From assembly GCA_963841435.1 (NCBI GenBank), contig CAWJCS010000005.1, positions 1,408,001 through 1,472,000 on the forward strand: 64,000 bases of DNA, read 5' to 3'. Positions 52,494-60,810 of the stretch are shown here, one piece after another. The position numbers and the translations under genes are program-made. Every line of letters begins with the position of its first letter. Position 1 is the first letter of the stretch. Under the pieces are notes generated by a model. That model was not told the origin of the DNA and did not search any database. It was given only the letters and a program-made list of their open reading frames with translations. The DNA is from an uncultured delta proteobacterium (GTDB lineage: Bacteria; Myxococcota_A; Polyangia; Polyangiales; Polyangiaceae).

Positions 52494-52867
52494 CGCGGGT
52501 GACTGACGGACGAAGGTCCGAAAAGGACGGCGAGCCAGGCGCCGACCCGCCCGAACGCCGCCACGGCGAGCGCGTGACGCTCAACAAACAGTTCGATTCG
52601 TTCGAGCAGTTCGTCACGGAGTACGTGACCGATCTCTCGGGCGAGGGCGCGTTCATTCGCACCGATTCGCCCTTGCCCGTCGGGACGGAGGTCAACTTGA
52701 AGTTTTCCGTGTTGCTCGATCAGGTGGAAGTCGTCCAGGGGGTCGGGGTCGTGGTGCGGGTGGGGACCAATCCCGCTGGCATGGGGGTCGTCTTCAAGCG
52801 GCTCGAGACGTACTCGGAGCGGCTCATCGAGCGCTTGTTGGTCGGAAGCAAGCGGACCCGCGAGTGA
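52490..52867 (+). CDS. Stand-alone PilZ-domain protein (myxobacterial type)
   Basis: RxxxR (ERRHGERV) and DxSxxG (DLSGEG), GAFIRT, GMGVVF; start GTG 52490 or 52499. Confidence 0.8.
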   Translation: MTRVTDGRRSEKDGEPGADPPERRHGERVTLNKQFDSFEQFVTEYVTDLSGEGAFIRTDSPLPVGTEVNLKFSVLLDQVEVVQGVGVVVRVGTNPAGMGVVFKRLETYSERLIERLLVGSKRTRE

Positions 52868-52967
52868 AGCGCTTGCGAGATCCCGGACAGCAGGGTAGCC
52901 TCCGCCACTCTTCGAGCACGAAGCGCAGACCCGATCCGCGGGAACGCGCCCGGCCCGCCTCCCCTCC

Positions 52968-53357
52968 ATGAGCTCCTTTCGATCGAGAAACCGCGAGGCA
53001 GCGCAGCTCGCGGCCGAGCGAAGGGCCCGCGAGGACCAGGCGCCACGCCTCACTGCCGAGGTTCCGGGGCTCAAGTCGCTTCGCCTCGAGATCGAGGAAC
53101 GGCGCTCGGGCGCTACGGTGCCGGAGACCCAACATGTTCGCCACGTGTCGGTCCCCCACGCGCCGGCGCTCTTCGATTTGCCCTGCCGCGAGCCCTCCTG
53201 CACGGGCGGCGGCCACGACATGACGGCGGCCATCATGCGGGCGCTCAAGGCCCGCTCAACGCAGTTCGACGGCGAGCACGCCTGCCACGGCACGACGCGC
53301 GACGCGGAGTGCACGCGGGTGCTGCGCTTCGTGGGCATCGCCGAATACGAGGACTAG
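52968..53357 (+). CDS. Hypothetical protein with Cys/His cluster
   Basis: 129-aa ORF filling the gap between plus-strand genes; C-x4-C-x4-H and C-x8-C. Confidence 0.7.
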   Translation: MSSFRSRNREAAQLAAERRAREDQAPRLTAEVPGLKSLRLEIEERRSGATVPETQHVRHVSVPHAPALFDLPCREPSCTGGGHDMTAAIMRALKARSTQFDGEHACHGTTRDAECTRVLRFVGIAEYED

Positions 53358-53411
53358 CGCTCCTCCGCCGGGGCCCTCGCCGGCCACGGGGGCGGTGTAT
53401 GGTCGGCCGGC

Positions 53412-54149
53412 ATGCGGCACGCGCTGATCCTCACTCACGTCGCGCACGAAGGCCCCGGGCGGCTCCTTCACGCGCTCGAGCGCGCGGGTGTCACGAGCGA
53501 GGTCCGGCGGCTCGAGGCGGGCGACGCGGTGCCGACCTCGCTCGAGTCCTTCCATCTGCTCGCCGTGATGGGCGGTCCAATGGGCGTCAACGATGTGGGC
53601 TCGGAACGATTCCCGTTCCTTTCGCCCGAGCTCGAGCTCTTGAAGCAGGCGATCCGAAGCGGTTTCCCCGCACTCGGCACGTGTCTGGGCGCGCAGCTCA
53701 TGGCCGCCGCCGCTGGCGCCCGCGTGTACCCGAACGTCACCGGGGAACCGCCGCGGCCCGCACGCGAGGTTGGCTGGGGTGCCGTACACTTCGTGCGCAC
53801 GGCCAACGAGGAGCCCGTGCTTCGCGGTCTCGATACCTCCGAGCTCGTGCTGCACTGGCACGGTGACACCTTCGACCTTCCGAAAGGAGCGACGCTCCTC
53901 GGCTCGAGCCTTGCGTGCGAAAATCAGATGTTCCGCCTTGGTGATCGCCAGTTCGGGTTGCAGTTCCACGTCGAGATCGACGAGGACGATGTCGTCGCCT
54001 GGCTCCGAGCCGGCGCGGACTACGTGCGAGAGTCGCTGGGCGCGGAGGGCGCAATGCGTATCCTGCGCGATACCAAGCGTCTCTTGCCGCGCGCGAGCGT
54101 GCGAGGCGATCGCTTGCTCGACAACATCGTCAGCGCACTTTGCGCGTAG
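53412..54149 (+). CDS. Class I glutamine amidotransferase (GuaA-like GATase)
   Basis: MGGPMG, GTCLGAQL, WHGD, QFHVE. Confidence 0.9.
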   Translation: MRHALILTHVAHEGPGRLLHALERAGVTSEVRRLEAGDAVPTSLESFHLLAVMGGPMGVNDVGSERFPFLSPELELLKQAIRSGFPALGTCLGAQLMAAAAGARVYPNVTGEPPRPAREVGWGAVHFVRTANEEPVLRGLDTSELVLHWHGDTFDLPKGATLLGSSLACENQMFRLGDRQFGLQFHVEIDEDDVVAWLRAGADYVRESLGAEGAMRILRDTKRLLPRASVRGDRLLDNIVSALCA

Positions 54150-54196
54150 GACGCGCGTTTCGCGCGTGAAGTCGGTCCACCGAGCGGGATCGATCT

Positions 54197-55996
54197 ATGC
54201 TGTTAGGGATGGGTCCGGACGGACGGGTACCGGAGCAGGCGAGTGAGCACGCCGCCTGGCGCGACAATCTGTCGCTCAGCCTGCTGCGCGCCTTCTTCGC
54301 GTTGTTCGTGCTGGCGGCCGTCGTCGTCTGGACGGCGCTACGCGGGCCCTGGGACCGCGCCGTCCTCACGACCGTGTCAGTGCTCGGCGCCGCCTTGCTC
54401 GTCGTTCCCGCGATCACGGGCCGCCCCCGCGGCGCAGCGCGAAGTTGGATGGTGGTCGCGCCCGCGGCGCTCTCCGCCGTACTGGGCTTCGCGACGGTCG
54501 GCTACCTCGCCGGCCCGGGCGCGCTGCTCACCGTCACGCTCATGCTCATCGGTTTGTTGCTCGGGCGACGCGCGATGATCGCCATGACCCTGATGACCGC
54601 GCTGTGCATCGGCGCGGCCGGTTGGGCCATGGTCCACGGCATCCTGCCGGCGCCCGACCCGCGCGACACGTCGATGACCAACGGGCTCGCCTGGGTGCGC
54701 TCGGTGGGCATCACGTACCTCGCCGTGGCGCTCTTCGGCGGCTTGATGGTCACGATGGTGGCGCGCATCGAGCGTGCTCTCGAGCTCGCCCACACCGAAA
54801 CGCGGCGGCGTGAGCTGGCCGAGCGCGCGCGCGCAGACGCCGAAATCATGGCGCTCGAGGCCAAGCAGCTCGAAACCGTGGGGCGGCTCTCGGCGGGCGT
54901 GGCGCACGATTTCAACAACGACCTCACGGCGATCATGGGGGCCGCCCAGCTCCTCAAGCACGAGCTTTCGGAAGGCGCCGAAGGGCGCGAGCTCGCGGAA
55001 GACATCCTCCAGGCCGCCAAGCATTCCGCCGATCTCACCCGGCAGTTGCTGGCGTATTCGCGCAAGGCCCAGATGCAAAAGGCGCCCACCGATCTCCACG
55101 AGGTGATCACCGAGGCGCTCTCCCTCTTGCGGCACTCGGTCCGCCCCGAGCTGCGCATCACCGTCGACCTCGCCGCGGAGAGCTCAGTGATCCTCGCGGA
55201 CGCTTCGTTGATGCAGAGCGCCATCCTGAATCTCTTCGTCAACGCCGCAGACGCCATGCCAGAGGGCGGGACGCTCACGGTCAAGACCGCCTCCCTCTCC
55301 GCAGTCGAAGGCGGGAGCTACAACGTGGCCGCGCCTTTCGTGTTAATAGAGATTCGAGACACGGGGCACGGCATCGAACGCGCGCTCCTGCCCGAGATCT
55401 TCAGTCCCTTCTTCACCACGAAACCGCTCGGCAAAGGGACGGGGCTCGGTCTTGCTGCCGTCGCCGGCACCATCAAGGCGCACGCCGGGACCATCACCGT
55501 GGATAGCAGCGTCGGTGTGGGCACCGTGTTTTCGATTCGGCTACCGGTGGCCACGAACCCGCCGTCCGAGCTGGCAGTCGACGACGACGAGGTCGTCAAC
55601 GGGCACGGCGTCGTGCTGCTCGTCAACGACGACGCCATGGTCGCCGCCACCGCCAGCGCAACGCTGCAATCGTTCGGCTACGAGGTCGTTCATACGCCGG
55701 GGGGTGCGGCTGCGCTGGAGCTCGTTCGCGCCGCGCCGGGTCGCTTCGGCCTCGTCGTCTTGGACCTCAGAATGCCTGGCATGAGCGGTGAAGAGACCTT
55801 CGAAGCCTTGCGAGCTCTCGACCCCGATCTTCCCGTCGTGCTCTGGTCCGGCTACGGCGCCGAGCAAGACGTTGAAGGAATGCTGCGCCGAGGTGCCGCC
55901 GCGTTCGTGCAGAAGCCGTACCGAGCCGCGGAGCTCAGCCGCGTCGTCGCTCGCGCCATCCGGGCTCCACTTTCAACCGCCCGTCCCAGCAGGTGA
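54197..55996 (+). CDS. Membrane-bound hybrid sensor histidine kinase/receiver
   Basis: Multiple TMs; GVAHDFNN, NLFVNAADAM, DTGHG, FFTTK..GKGTGLGL; receiver domain VLDLRMP..KP. Confidence 0.92.
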   Translation: MLLGMGPDGRVPEQASEHAAWRDNLSLSLLRAFFALFVLAAVVVWTALRGPWDRAVLTTVSVLGAALLVVPAITGRPRGAARSWMVVAPAALSAVLGFATVGYLAGPGALLTVTLMLIGLLLGRRAMIAMTLMTALCIGAAGWAMVHGILPAPDPRDTSMTNGLAWVRSVGITYLAVALFGGLMVTMVARIERALELAHTETRRRELAERARADAEIMALEAKQLETVGRLSAGVAHDFNNDLTAIMGAAQLLKHELSEGAEGRELAEDILQAAKHSADLTRQLLAYSRKAQMQKAPTDLHEVITEALSLLRHSVRPELRITVDLAAESSVILADASLMQSAILNLFVNAADAMPEGGTLTVKTASLSAVEGGSYNVAAPFVLIEIRDTGHGIERALLPEIFSPFFTTKPLGKGTGLGLAAVAGTIKAHAGTITVDSSVGVGTVFSIRLPVATNPPSELAVDDDEVVNGHGVVLLVNDDAMVAATASATLQSFGYEVVHTPGGAAALELVRAAPGRFGLVVLDLRMPGMSGEETFEALRALDPDLPVVLWSGYGAEQDVEGMLRRGAAAFVQKPYRAAELSRVVARAIRAPLSTARPSR

Positions 55997-56576
55997 TCGT
56001 GCTCGGCTCGAAAGGACCCGACTCGAGGGCGCGCGCCGGCGCTTCGGGCGTCCCGGCCGAAAGCCCTTCGCGAGGGTCCCAGTCGGGCGCGTCTCCAGGT
56101 GCAAGGCAATGCAAGCCGCTCTGCCAGAAGCCGATCACGTACGTGTGGCCCGCGATCCTCGCACCCATGAAGTCGCCGAGCGCGCGCGCGAAATCCTGAC
56201 CCGGCAACGCCCCGAGCGTCTCGCAGGTCCGGAACCAGACGAGCGCGTGCGGCACGAGCCTTTCGCGAAGCGCTTCGAGCTTCGGCCGCAGCGCATGGGC
56301 GGGCGCGAGCGCCGAGCGATCGAAGCTCTCGCGATCGATGAGGGCACGCCCCCATTTCCCGTGCCCCCAAAACTGGACCTCGCCGATCGGTCGCCCTTTT
56401 TCCACGCGGGCGGCCCAGTCGAGCGCCTCCGCGAACCCCGCTGCGCCGAAGTACGCATCGACGAGCCGGCGCGCGCGATAGAGCCGCGCGCCGACGCTCC
56501 AGCACAAGCCGAGCGCGCGCGGTGCACGCGCGGTCTGCGTTCGGTCGTAGACCACGAGTCGGAGGGGCGCCGCCAC
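55935..56576 (-). CDS. Hypothetical protein, DUF4347/clan-CD-like
   Basis: EVQFWGHG and VWFRTCET pattern; convergent overlap with the kinase 3' end. Confidence 0.55.
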   Translation of the reverse strand: MAAPLRLVVYDRTQTARAPRALGLCWSVGARLYRARRLVDAYFGAAGFAEALDWAARVEKGRPIGEVQFWGHGKWGRALIDRESFDRSALAPAHALRPKLEALRERLVPHALVWFRTCETLGALPGQDFARALGDFMGARIAGHTYVIGFWQSGLHCLAPGDAPDWDPREGLSAGTPEAPARALESGPFEPSTITCWDGRLKVEPGWRERRRG

Positions 56577-56616
56577 GGTGGAAGCTTAGCGCGCGCACCG
56601 GGAGCAGTCGCGCGTC

Positions 56617-57022
56617 TTGCAAGCACGTATCGTCGTGTCAGAGGACGCCAAAGAGGTGGGCGCCGAGGCCGTGTACAAGATGGGGAAGGACGAGTTCAAG
56701 GAGCCTCTTCAAAACGGAGCGGGAAAGCCGCATCGCTCAGCTGCCGGTCGGCTTCGGCGAGGGCTACCCGCGCGCGCTCTTCAACAAGGGCATCGTGCTC
56801 GTCCGCGGCAAGCGCTGCCCGGTCGTCGGGCGCGTCTCGCGCAACGTCGTCACGGTCAACGTGACGGATCTTCCCGAGGCGGCGCCCGGCGACGAGGTCG
56901 TCCTGATCGGCAGCCAGGGCAACGACCATGTGAGCTTCGAGGAAATGGCCGACGAGTACGCGAGCGTCCATACCGACATCAACCTGATGGCGGGTCAGTA
57001 CAACCGCATCACGTCCGTCTGA
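56617..57022 (+). pseudogene. Alanine racemase C-terminal domain fragment
   Basis: RIAQLPVGFGEGYPRALFN..VLVRGKRCPVVGRVS...GDEVVLIG resembles the C-terminus of alr at 42348; no PLP barrel upstream. Confidence 0.6.
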
Positions 57023-57066
57023 GCCCGCACGCCGCCGACGACGACGCGCCTTGGCTCCGCCTGGCC

Positions 57067-57433
57067 TCACCAAACTCCGGGAACGAGACGGAGCCGGGTC
57101 TGCTTGCGGTACTCGCGGTAGCCAGCAAGCTCACGCGTCAGCACCGCATCCTCGAGGTGCGTCCGCACCACCAGCCCGATGGCGGAAAGTCCCGCCGGGA
57201 CGAAGCTCCAAATCGATTGAAAGAGAAGGGGGAAGCCCAGCGTGCCGACAATCATCCCCAGATTCCCTGGATGCCGTACGAAGCGGTAGGGACCCGTCGT
57301 GCAGACGCTGTGTCCCCGGTCGGTCTGAATCCGAACGACGGCAGATCCCCACGAAGACCAGGGTGGCGACAAGACTTCGCAGGAAAGGACGAACGCTCCC
57401 GGTCAACTTCTTGCCGTCGGACAGGCTCGCCAT
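57067..57433 (-). pseudogene. Truncated isoprenylcysteine carboxyl methyltransferase (ICMT/PEMT) family gene
   Basis: VVRIQTDRGHSVCTTGPYRFVRHPG..ED..L..EL.GY.EY..RLVPGVW; a short N-terminus (ATG 57433) lies in another frame and the middle TMs are missing. Confidence 0.65.
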
Positions 57434-57558
57434 CGAACTCGGTAGGCGTAGCGGGAACGGGCCCGGGGCGCGCGCGCAACGTTAGCGTGCACGTCGCACC
57501 CTGATGCAGGTCGTGCGCCGAACGCCTGCTCAATCGACCTGTGGCGAGGCCACCCGCC

Positions 57559-57574
57559 TGGCACGGAGGCTGCA
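57559..57574 (+). promoter_or_regulatory. Candidate sigma54 -24/-12 promoter
   Basis: TGGCACGGAGGCTGCA: perfect TGGCACG and correct spacing, just upstream of ATG 57588. Confidence 0.55.
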
Positions 57575-57587
57575 CGAAGCCACGGGC

Positions 57588-58481
57588 ATGCGTCACAAAG
57601 AGCTCATCCTGCCCTGGGTGCTGATTCTCGGTTCGACAGGCTGCGTGTCGACCGGCAAGTACGATGCTGCGGTCGCCGACGCGACGCGCGCGCAGCAGGC
57701 CCTCGCGGCCTCGCGCAACGACGCCGCGCGCCTCGCGGCGGCAAAGGCCAACGCCGAGCAGCAAGCGCGCGAGGGCTCGGCGCGCGCCGCGGCGGAGCTG
57801 GAAGCGGCACGCGCCGACGCTCTCGTTTGCCAGCATTCCCTCGACGACGCGACCGCCGTCAACCAGCAGCTCCAGACCGAGCTGCAGCGCTACGGCAAGG
57901 ACGCCGATCAGCTCTTGGCCGCCAAAGGGGCGCTCGCGAGCTCGCTCGAGCAAGCGCGAGCGCGCCTGGAGGAGCTCCGTAAGGCGCAGGCAGCCGCCGA
58001 GGCGCGCTCCGCGCTTTACCGCGAGCTTGCCCTGAAGCTCAAGCGCATGATCGATGCGGGGGATCTCCAAATCACGCTGAGGAGCGGCCGCATGGTGCTC
58101 GTCCTGCCGAATGACGTCTTGTTCGATTCCGGTAAAGCGATCCTCAAGCCGCGCGGCAAGGAGACCTTGGGGCGAGTCGCCGCCGTGCTCGCCACGATTC
58201 AGGGACGGCGCTTTCAAGTTGCCGGGCACACCGACAACGATCCCATTCGCTACTCCGGCTACGCGTCGAACTGGCAGCTGTCTTCCGCACGCGCCCTCGA
58301 GGTCGTCGGTCTGCTCGTGCAGAGCGGCATGAAGGCGGACTCGCTCTCGGCGGCGGGCTACGCCGAGTTCGATCCCGTAGCCAGCAACGACACGCCCGAT
58401 GGGAAGCTGCAAAACCGCCGCATCGAAATCACCCTGCAGCCCAACATCGACGAGCTCGTGGCCGTCCCGCAGCGCGGCTGA
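57588..58481 (+). CDS. OmpA/MotB-family lipoprotein with coiled coil
   Basis: STGC lipobox-like, coiled coil, VLFDSG, VAGHTDN, NWQLSSARA, NRRIEI. Confidence 0.88.
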   Translation: MRHKELILPWVLILGSTGCVSTGKYDAAVADATRAQQALAASRNDAARLAAAKANAEQQAREGSARAAAELEAARADALVCQHSLDDATAVNQQLQTELQRYGKDADQLLAAKGALASSLEQARARLEELRKAQAAAEARSALYRELALKLKRMIDAGDLQITLRSGRMVLVLPNDVLFDSGKAILKPRGKETLGRVAAVLATIQGRRFQVAGHTDNDPIRYSGYASNWQLSSARALEVVGLLVQSGMKADSLSAAGYAEFDPVASNDTPDGKLQNRRIEITLQPNIDELVAVPQRG

Positions 58482-58500
58482 AGCGCCGTCGCGAGCCCGT

Positions 58501-59427
58501 TCACGACGCTTCACGCGCGACGTGCGCCCGCAGGGCATGCACGAGGTGGTCGAACATGAGGCGGACGCGACGGCTCGACTTGAGATCCTCGTGCATCACG
58601 ATCCAGACGCCGAGGTCGAAGTCGAGCGCGCCGGGCAGCACCGGCACGAGGCCGTCTCGCTTGCCGAGAGCAACCTGGCACACGCCGATGCCGAAGCCCG
58701 CTCGCAACGCCGCGTACTGACCCAGGTCGCTGTCGCAACGATAGGCGAAAAGCTCACGCGACAGCGGGATGTCGGTCGCGGGCAGGCGCCGCACCGACGC
58801 TTGGCGGTCGAAGCCGATGAGCGGATGCTGCCGCAGATCCTCGAGCGTCCGCGGGGTACCGTGCGTCTTCAGGTAATGCGGGTGGGCGTGAAACCCCAGG
58901 TGCAGGATGCCGACCTTCTTCGCGAACAGGGCGCGCTGCGTCGGCTTGACCATGCGCACGGCGATGTCCGAATCGCGCCTCAAGAGATCTTCCGACCGAT
59001 TGGAGAGCACCACTTCGACGTCGATGCGCGGATGCAGCTCGCGGAACGCCGTGAGCGCCGCAGGCAGCACCTCGGCACCGATCATTTCGCTCGCCGTGAT
59101 GCGGACGGCGCCGCGCTCCTCCTCTGCTTCACCGGACGCGGCGCGTATCAGAGCGCTCGCAGCGCTCGCCATCGTCTCGGCGTACGGCACGAGCGCCGTC
59201 GCGGCAGCGGTCGCGGCGAGGCCGGCCTGCGAGCGCGTGAACAGGGAAACGCCGAGCGCCGCCTCGAGCGCGTCGATGTGCCGCCCGACCGTCGGCTGCG
59301 TGAGCAAGAGCGCGCGCGCCGCGCCGGACAGGCTCTGCTCGCGAAAGACGGCGAGGAACGAGCGATAGAGCTCCCAGCCGGGTTCCTCGTGAGCTTCGCT
59401 GCGGCGGGCGCTGGGCTCGGTTGTCAT
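58501..59427 (-). CDS. LysR-family transcriptional regulator
   Basis: SLSGAARAL.LTQPTVGRHIDALE..LG..LF.R; DIAVR. Confidence 0.93.
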   Translation of the reverse strand: MTTEPSARRSEAHEEPGWELYRSFLAVFREQSLSGAARALLLTQPTVGRHIDALEAALGVSLFTRSQAGLAATAAATALVPYAETMASAASALIRAASGEAEEERGAVRITASEMIGAEVLPAALTAFRELHPRIDVEVVLSNRSEDLLRRDSDIAVRMVKPTQRALFAKKVGILHLGFHAHPHYLKTHGTPRTLEDLRQHPLIGFDRQASVRRLPATDIPLSRELFAYRCDSDLGQYAALRAGFGIGVCQVALGKRDGLVPVLPGALDFDLGVWIVMHEDLKSSRRVRLMFDHLVHALRAHVAREAS

Positions 59428-59545
59428 ACAAACTCATCGCGTTCCTCGGCCGGGAGCCGCACACGCCGCTCGACGAGGCGCTCCGTGCGACGCTCTCGGG
59501 GCTCGGCTGCTTGCCCGAGCGCGCGTCAGTCGCGCCGCCAGCCGT

Positions 59546-60223
59546 TCAACTCGACGCAGCGAGCGCGAGCCGAGCGGCGCATTCGGCGTGACCGGCCGTG
59601 GTCGCGAGATCGCGCGCCGTTTCGCCCTTCTCCGTCAACAACGACGGATCGGCGCCGAGGGAAAGCAGCTCCTCGAGGCTCTGGAGGTTCCCGTTGCCAG
59701 CGCATTCCATCAGCGCCGTGTGACCGCTTCCCTGGCGCACGTTCACGTCGGCGGTGGCACGAGCAATGAGCCTGATCGCGCCCGTCAACCGCACGCCACC
59801 GGCACAAGCGGCGTGCAGGGCGAGATTGCGCTCGAACGCCCGACCCCACACGGCCGTGTCGGCGCCGGCTTCGAGTAGCGCAGCGGCAGCGTCGGTATGC
59901 CCGAAGAAACCTGCGAGGTGCAGCGCCGTCCAGCCGTCGGGCGACAACGTATCGATCGCCCACGGCGCGCGCTCGACGAGCGCCCGGCATTCGGCAGCGC
60001 GGCCCGTCGCGGCTGCCTCGTGCAACGTGTACTCGCTCGCGCGGTTGCCCAAAACGTCCAGGCAACGCTTGCTCTGCCGGTAGACGCACATCAAAACCAG
60101 GCTCGTCCCGTCTCGATTTCGGACGCGAGCGAGAGTCTTCACCTTCGCGAGCGCCTCGGCGAGCCGGACGGCGTCGTCCTCGGCTGCCAGCAGAAACAGG
60201 GACTCCCAGTAGTCGTGGCTCAT
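59546..60223 (-). CDS. Ankyrin-repeat protein
   Basis: LHEAAATG, DGWTALHLA.FFG, ALHAA, GHTALM, GETA.DLA. Confidence 0.88.
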   Translation of the reverse strand: MSHDYWESLFLLAAEDDAVRLAEALAKVKTLARVRNRDGTSLVLMCVYRQSKRCLDVLGNRASEYTLHEAAATGRAAECRALVERAPWAIDTLSPDGWTALHLAGFFGHTDAAAALLEAGADTAVWGRAFERNLALHAACAGGVRLTGAIRLIARATADVNVRQGSGHTALMECAGNGNLQSLEELLSLGADPSLLTEKGETARDLATTAGHAECAARLALAASS

Positions 60224-60248
60224 CGCGTTCCTCGAAGCACCGTTCTCA

Positions 60249-60728
60249 TCAGCCGCACAGGCCGGCATTCGCCGGATCGGCGCAGTAGCGCTCGAAGCAG
60301 CAATCGAGTGCCGCATACTCCTCGGTGCAGGTCCCGGCTACGGTGCGCTTGGGGGTGTTGCACGCCTCGTTCAGGGTCTCGAAGCACGAGTAAAGAGCGC
60401 CGACGAGCTCGGTACAATGTCCGTTGACGGACTCGTTCTCGAGACCCGTGCAAAATTGGACGCAGGCGTCGTAGTCGTGGCCGACGCAGCTTGCGTCCCG
60501 GGCGCTTCGACACAAGGCCTCACAGCGGTGGTACTGGGCCATGCCCTCGCTCAGGGGATCGGCGCTCGTGCTCATCCATGCTCCGACGCCCGACGGGCAG
60601 CGGCTCGTGCCAGCGGCCGCACCGCCGGCACCTCCCCCACCGAAAGCGCCAGCGGGAATGTCGTTCGAGCCGCGGCTCGAGCCGCACGCGACGACCAGCA
60701 AGAGGCCCCAAAGCACCCTCGTCATCAC
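60249..60728 (-). CDS. Cys-rich putative lipoprotein
   Basis: LLVVAC lipobox, Gly linker, many Cys. Confidence 0.65.
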   Translation of the reverse strand: MMTRVLWGLLLVVACGSSRGSNDIPAGAFGGGGAGGAAAGTSRCPSGVGAWMSTSADPLSEGMAQYHRCEALCRSARDASCVGHDYDACVQFCTGLENESVNGHCTELVGALYSCFETLNEACNTPKRTVAGTCTEEYAALDCCFERYCADPANAGLCG

Positions 60729-60810
60729 GCCGCCTCAGCCCTCGCATGCATTGGCGACCACAACTTAGCACGCGAGCTAGGTGCACGACCCGCGGGGCGC
60801 CCGGGCCGGC

